Shown in pieces: positions 15,904-23,694 of a DNA stretch of 25,710 bases. The translations under genes and the position numbers were made by a program. Source of the DNA: a virus (lineage: Duplodnaviria > Caudoviricetes); the IMG/VR virus record IMGVR_UViG_3300021476_000026, positions 1 through 25,710 of that record; one strand, 5' to 3'. The stretch's first letter is position 1; each line of letters opens with the position of its first letter. The notes under the pieces are model-generated. The model saw nothing but the letters and a program-made list of their open reading frames with translations, was not told the origin of the DNA and did no database searches.

Positions 15904-16499
15904 CGCGGCGGCGGGAGGCGCCGAGCCCCGTTCCCGCCGATCGCGACGACCTGCGGGGTGTCGAGCTCAGGCAGCGTGTGCCCGCTCTCGGTGTTTGTCT
16001 TTTCGATGAGCCCGATCACATGCCCGCTGTGCGAGACGGCATCTACCGCGGCGCGCTTCCGGTACAGCGCGAGGAACTCCTTCCGCACCCACGCCTCTTC
16101 CGCCTGCGGGTTCGACGATTGTGCGATTCGGTCGCGGATGGACTGCGCGCCCACGAGGTCCTGGATGACCTGCGGCACAAGCCGATCCTCGTACGTGTAC
16201 GACTTGTACGGGTCGTCGAGGCACGCGATCGCTTGCGCCCACGCCTCGAGCGCGTGCACGTCCGCCACGTCCTCAGCGTACTGGCGACTGTCGCCCGTGT
16301 GCCCGAGGAGGTCCGCCGGTTTCGGGGGGAAGTGCTCGGTCCGGCACCACTCGCCTGTCCGCCGCACTACGTCTTCATCCGACGCGGACTCGAGGAGCTT
16401 GAACCATACGTCCTGCGCCTTCTCGTCCGTTCTCGAGAAGTTACCCGAGAACACCACGCACAACAGCTCCCAGATTCCGGAAAACCCCCCTGGCGTCAT
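15900..16499 (-). CDS. Replicative helicase loader/inhibitor-like protein (G39P/DUF6475-like)
   Basis: W..LL........FPPKPADL, A.EAW and W.RKEF..LY motifs. Directly follows the initiator, like lambda O-P. Confidence 0.7.
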   Translation of the reverse strand: MTPGGFSGIWELLCVVFSGNFSRTDEKAQDVWFKLLESASDEDVVRRTGEWCRTEHFPPKPADLLGHTGDSRQYAEDVADVHALEAWAQAIACLDDPYKSYTYEDRLVPQVIQDLVGAQSIRDRIAQSSNPQAEEAWVRKEFLALYRKRAAVDAVSHSGHVIGLIEKTNTESGHTLPELDTPQVVAIGGNGARRLPPPR

Positions 16500-17236
16500 A
16501 ACCGCCCCTCCCGTTGCGCTCGCTCAATCCGCTGCGCCACCCTCGACGCCGACTCCCGCATCGTGGGCGGACGCGCCTTCAGGATCCTTGCGCAAACGCC
16601 AGCCAGGAACATCGCCGGATTGTCGGCCACGGCGACCTTCGCTTCGGCTTCGCCGAGCGCCTGTTTCACGACTTCGGCACCGTACCGGCGCGCCACGACC
16701 GCGACGCGCGCGCACTGCTTCTTTCTCCCCCGTACCCCTTCTAACCCCTGGAGCCTGCGGATAACCTCAACAAGCTCATCAGGTACTTGTTCCTGTTCTG
16801 TAGTTTCTCTTGGCAGTATAGCTTCTTCCGGTACTTCTCCGTTAGGAGATACTACAGGACTAGGACTAATACGGGAGCGGGACCGTGTGGATTCCGCTCG
16901 GATTCCGCTCGGATTCCGCTCGGATTCCGGGCGGTGGCGGGAACGATCTCTAGCCCTTAATCGTAGCACTCTAGCACGCGACGGGTTGTACTTCAGAAAG
17001 TCGTGAATGCGGTACCCACCGGGGCATTTTTCCCACAGTCCAACCCTTACAAGATCATCCGCAACGGTCATTTCCGTCTGGGGAAGCAACAGATTCCATC
17101 TGGAATCCGGCAGGAATCCGTCCAGAAGGTTGCGGGCCGAAAACACAATGCTGGCAACGTATACAGCGAATCCCTGAATACCGACTGACGCGATCTTGGG
17201 GTTGTCGAGGATGCCGTCGTCGATCTTGACCCACAT
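16496..17236 (-). CDS. Phage replication initiator
   Basis: Start ATG 17236: WVKIDDG..DNPK...DGF.P...LV.VGLW....GGY.IHDF.KYNPS winged-helix initiator motif. Internal repeats. Confidence 0.8.
   Translation of the reverse strand: MWVKIDDGILDNPKIASVGIQGFAVYVASIVFSARNLLDGFLPDSRWNLLLPQTEMTVADDLVRVGLWEKCPGGYRIHDFLKYNPSRARVLRLRARDRSRHRPESERNPSGIRAESTRSRSRISPSPVVSPNGEVPEEAILPRETTEQEQVPDELVEVIRRLQGLEGVRGRKKQCARVAVVARRYGAEVVKQALGEAEAKVAVADNPAMFLAGVCARILKARPPTMRESASRVAQRIERAQREGRL
16889..16929. repeat. 11-bp tandem repeat (GGATTCCGCTC x3 + GGATTCCG), putative origin iterons
   Basis: Exact tandem copies inside the initiator gene, next to an AT-richer stretch (~16760-16870). Confidence 0.8.
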
Positions 17237-17259
17237 CGCAGCGCCCCCAACCTTGGCGT

Positions 17260-17402
17260 CAGGTGGGTGGGGGCGAGGCGGTTGGAACCCCGCCCCGTGA
17301 TCCCACCTGCTGGGAAACCGACCCGTTGCGCAGCGGATCGGGCCGAGAGTCAGGCCTCCTGGAGCCCGACTCTGCGACTTTCGGACTACGACGTCCACCC
17401 CC
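17260..17402 (-). ncRNA. Candidate structured RNA (multi-hairpin, tRNA-like ends)
   Basis: Intergenic gap made up largely of helices. Details in findings. Confidence 0.45.
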
Positions 17403-17414
17403 GAAACTCCTGCT

Positions 17415-17879
17415 TTACGTCCCGATCGTCGGCTCAGCGAGGGCTCGAGCGGCAAGATCGGCGCCAGCAGCCACTTTCCGCCGCGCCCTACTGTGGATCC
17501 CGCGCCGTGCGGGCTCCCCGTCCCCCCTAACGGTCGGCATCCCGGCGGGTATGGGGAGCTTCTCCGGCGCAACGGGCGCCGGAGCCCCCTTCGCTTTTGC
17601 TCTCCGCTCCCGCATCCGGACCGCGGCCGGGGTCTGACTCAGAGCCCCTTTCCTCCGCTTCCGTAGGGGCCGCGTCAGCTCCCGCCGTAGCGTTTTCTCC
17701 GCTCGGTTCAGCGCGGACGGCAGCGCATCGGCGAACGTACGCGTGTCCTTTCTCGGCCGGCTGCTCCGCCGGCGGGACGGGCTCAGCACCTCGAGGGTCT
17801 CGCGGAGTGACGCGATCTCTTTCTCGCGCTTCCTGATTGCCGACTTGAGCCACGCAACCATGCCAGGCACGGTCTGCAC
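17415..17879 (-). CDS. Highly basic hypothetical protein
   Basis: AGGGGGAGG RBS. N-terminal coiled coil followed by an Arg/Lys/Pro-rich region. Confidence 0.65.
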   Translation of the reverse strand: MQTVPGMVAWLKSAIRKREKEIASLRETLEVLSPSRRRSSRPRKDTRTFADALPSALNRAEKTLRRELTRPLRKRRKGALSQTPAAVRMRERRAKAKGAPAPVAPEKLPIPAGMPTVRGDGEPARRGIHSRARRKVAAGADLAARALAEPTIGT

Positions 17880-17896
17880 CTCCCCCTTTCGCTGCT

Positions 17897-17944
17897 TGCA
17901 GCCGTTACTTTAGCGCGTAAAAGTGCACGCTGTAACGCGCTGCA
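17897..17944 (-). promoter_or_regulatory. Long intergenic hairpin
   Basis: TGCAGC-G-CGTTAC-AGCGTG-loop-CGCGCT-AAA-GTAACG-GCTGCA. Confidence 0.5.
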
Positions 17945-17966
17945 GCTCCTTTCGTGACCTCTTCGT

Positions 17967-18203
17967 TCACTGACTCTCCTCCCACGGTACCCACGGCTCT
18001 GCGCTCACGCCGATCACCCTCCACGTTTTCGGAACGATAATAAGCAGCGCGTCGAGCGCTTCCTCGGGTCCCGAAGCCCTTACCTGAGCGTCAATATCTG
18101 CACCGACCGCACTCAGGTTCGTGGATGCTTCCGCGATCTCGACCGTCACATGGACGTGCCACAGGTTCGCGTCCGCCTCCGCCCGCCGCTTCGCCTCACC
18201 CAC
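17967..18203 (-). CDS. Hypothetical protein (MGEAKRR N-terminus)
   Basis: GAAGGAG RBS, overlaps the upstream stop. Confidence 0.7.
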   Translation of the reverse strand: MGEAKRRAEADANLWHVHVTVEIAEASTNLSAVGADIDAQVRASGPEEALDALLIIVPKTWRVIGVSAEPWVPWEESQ

Positions 18204-18666
18204 GGACTGTCTCCTTCGGCGCCGGCAGCCGGAGCGTGCCAGTACTCAGCGCTTCGCGGATGTGCTCGCCGATCACGCGGCCGTCCGCGAGCACGATGTC
18301 GCCCAGGAACGTCTCCTCGAGCGACCGCAGGCCGAAATCCACCGCGTCGAACTGGCTCTTGAGATACCAGTACAGCGCCCGCCACACCTGGCGATCCCGA
18401 GCATCCCTTGCCGACTGACTGGCCCAGAGCCGCTTCTTCGGGTCCCTCCACACGTGGATCAGCATCTTGACCGCGACCGGTGCTTTGCGCTTCTCCGGGC
18501 CGTCTTGGAGCTCTTTCACGTAGGAAAACGCGAACCCGAGCGTGTTCGCATTAAAGTCCTCGAGGAACTGGATCCCGGTCGCGCTGTGGCGCAGAAGCAG
18601 CGTCCGGATCTGTTGCTGCGTCCGGCCCACATCGACCCGCGTGTCCTTGTAACTCTCGCGCGGCAT
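18196..18666 (-). CDS. Conserved phage hypothetical protein
   Basis: Y..T.V...I..LL..H.A and RQ.WRAL...LK....AV..G....EE.FL..IV..DG..GE motifs. Confidence 0.8.
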   Translation of the reverse strand: MPRESYKDTRVDVGRTQQQIRTLLLRHSATGIQFLEDFNANTLGFAFSYVKELQDGPEKRKAPVAVKMLIHVWRDPKKRLWASQSARDARDRQVWRALYWYLKSQFDAVDFGLRSLEETFLGDIVLADGRVIGEHIREALSTGTLRLPAPKETVRG

Positions 18667-18668
18667 TG

Positions 18669-19220
18669 TTAGGGCTTCGTGTTGATCCTCAGCGATGGGC
18701 TCCCGCTTGCGACCAGTACGAAGTTCGGGCCCTCCTGCACTTCCTTCATCGGCTGCAGGTAAGTCTCGACGTTCGGCTCCTGGTACGACGGGCTCACTGT
18801 CCCGTCAGTGTTGGCGCAGAACACCCATGTCCCCAGAGCAGTAGCCGGCGGGTACAAACCGTTAGGCTCCGGTTGCGGCAGCGTCCAATGGCTCCCTGCG
18901 CGGTACTCAATACCGTTCGGGTTAGTCAGCTGCGTTGAGTAAGGAATCGGGAATCCGATGCTGGGACATGAGAACAGTACTTTCCCGGTGAACGGGCTCC
19001 GCACGTAGGAGTACGTGGCGACGGCATTGTTCCGCGCTCGATAGGTCTCGATCAGGATATGGCGCTCGAGCGACCAGTTGAAGAACGGCGGCGGCTGGTT
19101 CCGCACGTAGAGCGCTTGCTGGTTCTCCACCTGCCGATTCTCGACGCTCACACTGCTCCCGCCGCACCCAGATAGTGCGACTGCTGCGACTGCGAACATG
19201 CACACCGATTCCCATTTCAC
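18669..19220 (-). CDS. Conserved phage lipoprotein
   Basis: Lipobox LSGC. SLER, SIGFPIPYSTQLTNP, QPEPNGLY and GTWV.C motifs. Confidence 0.85.
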   Translation of the reverse strand: MKWESVCMFAVAAVALSGCGGSSVSVENRQVENQQALYVRNQPPPFFNWSLERHILIETYRARNNAVATYSYVRSPFTGKVLFSCPSIGFPIPYSTQLTNPNGIEYRAGSHWTLPQPEPNGLYPPATALGTWVFCANTDGTVSPSYQEPNVETYLQPMKEVQEGPNFVLVASGSPSLRINTKP

Positions 19221-19233
19221 GGCGCACCCCTTC

Positions 19234-19581
19234 TCAGTGAACAGCGAGAAAGCCTTGAATCTCTGGAGGCACGTTTCCAGGGATAAGGATGGCTACCTGC
19301 CGCATCTGCAGGATGATCGCCGCCTGCTGCGCCTCCATCGCTGAGATCGTCCCCGGATCGGCACCGCGTTTCTTGGTCTCCAGAGACGTGTAGCTGTTAT
19401 AGAGTTGGACAAGGGCCGTCTGCTGCGTCGTAACATACGGGTTGCTCTGACGGACGGCCTTGAACTGCTGCCCGTAGAACCACGGTAGGATCGTGTAGTA
19501 CCCGATGACCGACCCCACCACGAGCGCAATCCCTAATACCACGGCTACCACTTCTTGAGGCACTGTTATGCGCATGGTCAC
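19234..19581 (-). CDS. N-terminally anchored membrane protein, partner of the lipoprotein
   Basis: One TM helix, then RQS..YV and a helical domain. Confidence 0.8.
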   Translation of the reverse strand: MTMRITVPQEVVAVVLGIALVVGSVIGYYTILPWFYGQQFKAVRQSNPYVTTQQTALVQLYNSYTSLETKKRGADPGTISAMEAQQAAIILQMRQVAILIPGNVPPEIQGFLAVH

Positions 19582-19931
19582 TCCTTTGCCAGTACGGCCA
19601 TGAGATCGCTCGCGTGCACGAGCACGAAATCCTGCTCGTGCAGATCATCCCGGCTCGACTCGAATCCGCTCACGCGCGGGTACAGGACCCGGTCCCCAAT
19701 CTCGACCTTGACCGTGTCCGCGATCGGCACGACCCGGCCCTCGTGCTCGACGTATCTCCCGGGCCCGAGCTTTACCACGACCCCGCTCTCGAGGTTCCGA
19801 TCCCGCACCTGACCCGGGAGCACGATCCCGCCCTTGGTTTTCTCCTCGGGCTTGTCACGCTTCACGAGTACGCGGTCCCCGAGGGGCTGGGTCACTTTTG
19901 CCGTCAGGGTGTCGTGTGTCTTGGTTGCCAT
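19578..19931 (-). CDS. groES: Co-chaperonin GroES
   Basis: PLGDRVLVKR...EEKTKGGIVLP...GVVVKLGPG...VEIGDRVLY...DLMAVL. Confidence 0.95.
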   Translation of the reverse strand: MATKTHDTLTAKVTQPLGDRVLVKRDKPEEKTKGGIVLPGQVRDRNLESGVVVKLGPGRYVEHEGRVVPIADTVKVEIGDRVLYPRVSGFESSRDDLHEQDFVLVHASDLMAVLAKE

Positions 19932-19966
19932 GCTCTCCCCCTTTCCATTCCGATTTCGGATTTTTA

Positions 19967-20073
19967 GATGGGGCGGGCCATCCTACAGGCCGGAGCCACC
20001 GAATTGAACGGCGCGCTCCCAACTCCCGTAACCAGGGAAGCCCTCGCGCTAGGCTGCGCTCACCCGCCCCACC
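19967..20073 (-). ncRNA. Candidate tRNA-like structured RNA
   Basis: 12-bp closing stem enclosing D-like, anticodon-like and T-like arms. Details in findings. Confidence 0.55.
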
Positions 20074-20075
20074 TT

Positions 20076-20387
20076 TCACGGCAGTACCCATCGCAGGAAC
20101 CGCACCCAGCCTGCGTAGAACAAGCACGCGCCGCAGAACGCGATCAGCCACCACTCGATCTTGACCGTAAGCGGCATCGCCTCCCGGTACGGACCGTCGA
20201 CGCTCGTGAGGAGATACGACCGGCGCCGGAGATCCTCCGGGAGCCCGCTCGCGCACATCCGCAGCTCCGCGACGAGGTACCGGAGCCGCGCGAGCCCGGG
20301 GAACCGGCCGTCGTGCTCGTAGTACTGCGACTGCACCATCCGGCCCACGTTCCGCACGCGCGCGTAGAACAGCCGGTACACGTCCAC
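20076..20387 (-). CDS. Hypothetical protein with C-terminal TM segment
   Basis: GTG 20387 lies just after the exonuclease stop. Confidence 0.6.
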   Translation of the reverse strand: MDVYRLFYARVRNVGRMVQSQYYEHDGRFPGLARLRYLVAELRMCASGLPEDLRRRSYLLTSVDGPYREAMPLTVKIEWWLIAFCGACLFYAGWVRFLRWVLP

Positions 20388-20389
20388 GC

Positions 20390-21376
20390 TTACTGCGGCG
20401 TTTCTGCCGTCCGGCCGATCCGCTGGATCTTTACGATCCGCTTGACGAATGCGTCCACGGTATAGCCCTTCTGCTGTTGCACGGACACTTTGAGGAGCCA
20501 ATCCGTCCCCACCACCTCTTCTTGCCCGTCGTCCAGCGTAGCTTTGACCTGCTCCTTGATCTCGGTGTCGATCCGGTTGTACTCCTTGGCCGTGGCTTCG
20601 AGCTCGGCGCGCCGGCGGAGCTTCTGCTCGAGCTCGGGATCGTCCACGAGCCGGGCGCCGGCCATGAGGGCCTCGTTGGGCAAGCACGTACCGAAGAAGT
20701 CGCATCGCCCGCAGATGTCCTGATCGTACGGGATCCGGTCCGGGAGCGTGCCCATCGCCACGTGCCGGTTGATCGCATCCGCCTTCTGCACCAGTTCCTC
20801 CGCCCGCACGTAATCGAGCGGAATCACGACTTGCTTCAGTTCACCTGTGGCTTTGTTTTTCAAGATCAGCAGTGCGTGCTCTTTGTTCGACATAATGCAG
20901 TATAGTACGAGTTGATCGTACCACCCGCGTACCCAGTGCTGACGCGCGTTGCGGAGTGTGTCGACGCTCTGAATCTCGTCGAACGTGTACGAGGAGCACG
21001 ACTTTACATCAAACGGAATACCCTCTGCGACGATCCCGTCTGCCTTTGCGGTGGCAATCATCCCGTCGATCCGGCCCGTGATGTTGTGCTCCTTCCAGTC
21101 GAAAGTTTGCTGCTGACGTAGCACCGTGTACCCGGCTTCCTCGATAGCGCGGATCACGGCGGTTTCGTGCAGCTCGCCTTCTTTGAAGATCGAGAGCAAT
21201 GTCGGACTCGGTGCTTGCGCTTCCGCCCACCGAGTCCTGTGATAGACCAGATGACGCAGACAGGGGTGTGGAAGTGCTGAGGCGCGATTCGTCCGCACAG
21301 GCCATCGCTCGAACTTATCGACGAGGTACAGTTTCACCGCAGTCGGAATGTCAGGAATGTCAGTGATAGTCTGCAT
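20390..21376 (-). CDS. Cas4-like/RecB-family PD-(D/E)XK exonuclease
   Basis: AS.L..PC.R, G..HE, GRIDG, DVKS and Q...Y motifs, plus C-terminal CGRCDFFGTC (1+3 Cys Fe-S staple). Confidence 0.88.
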   Translation of the reverse strand: MQTITDIPDIPTAVKLYLVDKFERWPVRTNRASALPHPCLRHLVYHRTRWAEAQAPSPTLLSIFKEGELHETAVIRAIEEAGYTVLRQQQTFDWKEHNITGRIDGMIATAKADGIVAEGIPFDVKSCSSYTFDEIQSVDTLRNARQHWVRGWYDQLVLYCIMSNKEHALLILKNKATGELKQVVIPLDYVRAEELVQKADAINRHVAMGTLPDRIPYDQDICGRCDFFGTCLPNEALMAGARLVDDPELEQKLRRRAELEATAKEYNRIDTEIKEQVKATLDDGQEEVVGTDWLLKVSVQQQKGYTVDAFVKRIVKIQRIGRTAETPQ

Positions 21377-21866
21377 TTGCCATCACGTCCTTGGGACGAT
21401 TTACTCTGTGTAGCAGGTCCCACATGTTTTGGCGATCCGCTTCCTCGTTTACACCTACGCGCGCTCCCTTGTGCGGTAAGTGCGTCTCGATTTTCTTGTC
21501 GAATACCACACCAAGCGCAGCGTGAAAACTCTTGAGCTTGAGAAACGGTCCGACAGCGTTCAGAATCCATGCAGCGCGGCGTCCTGTTACCCGCCATGTC
21601 CAGCGTGTTCTCGGATCGTTCGGACGCCGTTTAGCGTTGGGCCGTAAACGCTGCATGGTCACAACGCCTCCAAATACGTCCTGAAACCATCGCGGAAGGG
21701 TAAACGTCCCCATCGCCACGACGAGCGTCAAGTTATAACGCATCGCACCATGCCTGGTACCCGCTGACCTGTGAATGAGTATACAGCCTTCACCATCAAT
21801 AACCCCTGCGGCATAACACAGTTCCTCCGTGCAAACCGCTCTACCCGTCCACGGAACAATCGTCAT
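21360..21866 (-). CDS. Free-standing LAGLIDADG homing endonuclease
   Basis: YAAGVIDGEGCI motif, FGG, W.W.V and PFL.LK. ATGA-coupled start at 21866. Confidence 0.9.
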   Translation of the reverse strand: MTIVPWTGRAVCTEELCYAAGVIDGEGCILIHRSAGTRHGAMRYNLTLVVAMGTFTLPRWFQDVFGGVVTMQRLRPNAKRRPNDPRTRWTWRVTGRRAAWILNAVGPFLKLKSFHAALGVVFDKKIETHLPHKGARVGVNEEADRQNMWDLLHRVNRPKDVMANADYH

Positions 21867-22042
21867 GCCGGCACCAACTCCGGGCCCGGTCCGATCGGCT
21901 GCTCGGGATCGTCCGCGACCTCCTCGAAGTCGATCGCGCCGCACGGCTCGTCCGAGTACCCCCGCTTCATCGACGTGCACTGCTCCGGAGGCGTTATGCC
22001 CGTGTACGTCGCTCCGCAGACTACACACATCCAGGTCGTCAT
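21863..22042 (-). CDS. Rubredoxin-like small metal-binding protein
   Basis: WMCVVCGATYTGITPPEQC...CGA..FEEV. Confidence 0.7.
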   Translation of the reverse strand: MTTWMCVVCGATYTGITPPEQCTSMKRGYSDEPCGAIDFEEVADDPEQPIGPGPELVPA

Positions 22043-22287
22043 TCCAACACCCCCCGTCGCATCCGTTCTTGTGCCAACGCCGCCTGTTCCTCGAAGATCA
22101 TCTGCCGTGCGGACTTGGGCTTCGGCATACCCAGCGGTCGGTAGTGCGGATCGTCCGCCGGCAGCAGGGAGAACTCGCCGCTCACGACCCGTCCCTTGCC
22201 GTGGAACGCACCCTTGCACCGGCACCTACACCGCGGGTGCTTGGCGTTCTCGCACCGGTTCGCCTGCCGCTCCGTGAGCGGCCTCAC
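22039..22287 (-). CDS. Cys/His-rich hypothetical protein
   Basis: C..A....C.C.C.G..HG motif. Coupled at both ends. Confidence 0.75.
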   Translation of the reverse strand: MRPLTERQANRCENAKHPRCRCRCKGAFHGKGRVVSGEFSLLPADDPHYRPLGMPKPKSARQMIFEEQAALAQERMRRGVLE

Positions 22288-23321
22288 AGCCCGAGTCCCT
22301 CCTGCTCCTTCCCCGGCGGTTCGACCGGGAGCGGAGGACCGTCAGCAGCGGTAGCCGGTGGCGGAGACGGAGGTGGCGTGTACATGGGGATCGGCTTCTT
22401 CTCCCGCTCCATCCGCTCCTTGAGCCGCGCGTAGATGATCTGGGACGCCTGCTCCACGTTCTTCGACTTCTGCTGGAACGCCGTCCACGACCCCCAGCCG
22501 GTAAAGCTCTTGTAGGCGCTCACGGACACGAGGAGCGCGACCCCCTTCGGAGAGTCCGCTTTGTCGCCCACGTACGCGGCCACGAGGTCACGGAGGCTCG
22601 TGAACCACGACTTCCCATCCGGCGGTCCACCGTTCCCCGCGGGGGGAGAGGCATCAGGGGCGCGGGACGGAGCGGGACGCGCTCCACCGCTTGCCGCCTT
22701 CGCGACGCCCTGACCTCCCCTGGCCTCCCCCCCGAAACTGATGGATGCCGCTTTCTTGCGGTCGAACCCGAGCTCCTCGAGCTGCTTCCACGTGAGATCC
22801 CGGATCCCGAGAATCCGCGTAACGGCGTTCATGACCATGTTGCTGAACGCCGCCTGAATGATGTCGATCTGCGACACTTCGCTCGACGGCAGCAGGATCT
22901 TCTCCCCGGTCGGTCCGCGCCGGCTGGCATAGAACTGGTCGCGTGACGAGCACTTGCCTTGCACGGCAAGGGAATCGCCGTGGAAGTGCGCGACCGCGTC
23001 GATGATCCAGAAGTAGTACGGGCCGTTCTGATCGTTGTCCTCGAACTTCTCGCGCCGCAGACCGTCGATCGTGATGCCGAACAGCGGCCGGATCCGCTCG
23101 CAGCCGGCAGCGCCCAGGTACGGCTTGCCGCCGAAGTCGGACCAGTCCTGCTCGAGCGTGCGCTTGAGCGCGATCTGCGTGACCCGCTGGAGGAACTGGA
23201 ACCGCAGGTCCGCGACGACGATCGCGCGCTCGAGCTTGTCCATCGTATCGATCAGCCCGACCGGCACCGGCTCGAGCTCGCGGCCTACGGGAAGCTTTTC
23301 TGCCACCGTCTCATCGGGCAT
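22284..23321 (-). CDS. Putative ssDNA-annealing recombinase (Rad52/Sak-like)
   Basis: ATG 23321. KPYL..AG.E.I...FGI, G.CSS.D and A..N....AV..ILG core, then a disordered linker. Upstream of an exonuclease. Confidence 0.6.
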   Translation of the reverse strand: MPDETVAEKLPVGRELEPVPVGLIDTMDKLERAIVVADLRFQFLQRVTQIALKRTLEQDWSDFGGKPYLGAAGCERIRPLFGITIDGLRREKFEDNDQNGPYYFWIIDAVAHFHGDSLAVQGKCSSRDQFYASRRGPTGEKILLPSSEVSQIDIIQAAFSNMVMNAVTRILGIRDLTWKQLEELGFDRKKAASISFGGEARGGQGVAKAASGGARPAPSRAPDASPPAGNGGPPDGKSWFTSLRDLVAAYVGDKADSPKGVALLVSVSAYKSFTGWGSWTAFQQKSKNVEQASQIIYARLKERMEREKKPIPMYTPPPSPPPATAADGPPLPVEPPGKEQEGLGL

Positions 23322-23694
23322 GACGCAGCACCACCTCCACCACCTGAAATACGCACCTGTCGAAATCCCGCTCCAGCATTTCGGGCGTGTACCGGAGCAC
23401 GCGCCACCCGAGCTCAACGGCGCGGTTGTACTTCTCGATGTCCGCCGTGAACCCGCCACCGCGCGTGTGCCGGCCGCGCGTCCACACGGCTCCCTCGAAC
23501 TCCACTGCGACCTGTTGTTGCCACGCCGCGTCGAACCGCCAGCGACGATCAATGTCGAACTTGAACTCGAGCAGGGCCGGCGTGCCGACGATGTCCCCGA
23601 TGCGCGCAAGGAAGGTCGCGTATAGATGCCGCGTCCCAAGGGTCGCGCGCACCTGTCCGGGCTTCACGATGATCGCGCTATCACGCCTCGGCAC
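23311..23694 (-). CDS. DUF559/Vsr-like PD-(D/E)XK endonuclease
   Basis: RRWRFD.AW...VAVE.EG..W..GRHTRG.GF..D.EKYN.A...GW.VLR.T. Confidence 0.85.
   Translation of the reverse strand: MPRRDSAIIVKPGQVRATLGTRHLYATFLARIGDIVGTPALLEFKFDIDRRWRFDAAWQQQVAVEFEGAVWTRGRHTRGGGFTADIEKYNRAVELGWRVLRYTPEMLERDFDRCVFQVVEVVLRHAR

Noticed and set aside
16889-16929. Repeat as a CRISPR array
   Set aside because: Contiguous 11-mers without spacers. The Cas4-like gene has no other cas genes or array nearby.
17375-17400. Hammerhead ribozyme (GGAC...GTCC-GAAA)
   Set aside because: The required CTGANGA core 5' of the stem is absent.
17237-17572. 112-aa N-terminal extension of the replication initiator
   Set aside because: It overlaps another gene and is non-globular. 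The family motif begins at MWVKIDD (17236).
17260-20073. Calling the two structured elements canonical tRNA, tRNA-Sec or tmRNA
   Set aside because: They lack a proper anticodon loop, D-loop GG or acceptor/CCA geometry, and have no tag reading frame or G3-U70 pair.
21360-21866. LAGLIDADG as part of an intron or intein
   Set aside because: It has its own coupled start and stop, the flanking genes look complete, and there is no non-coding space or splicing motif.
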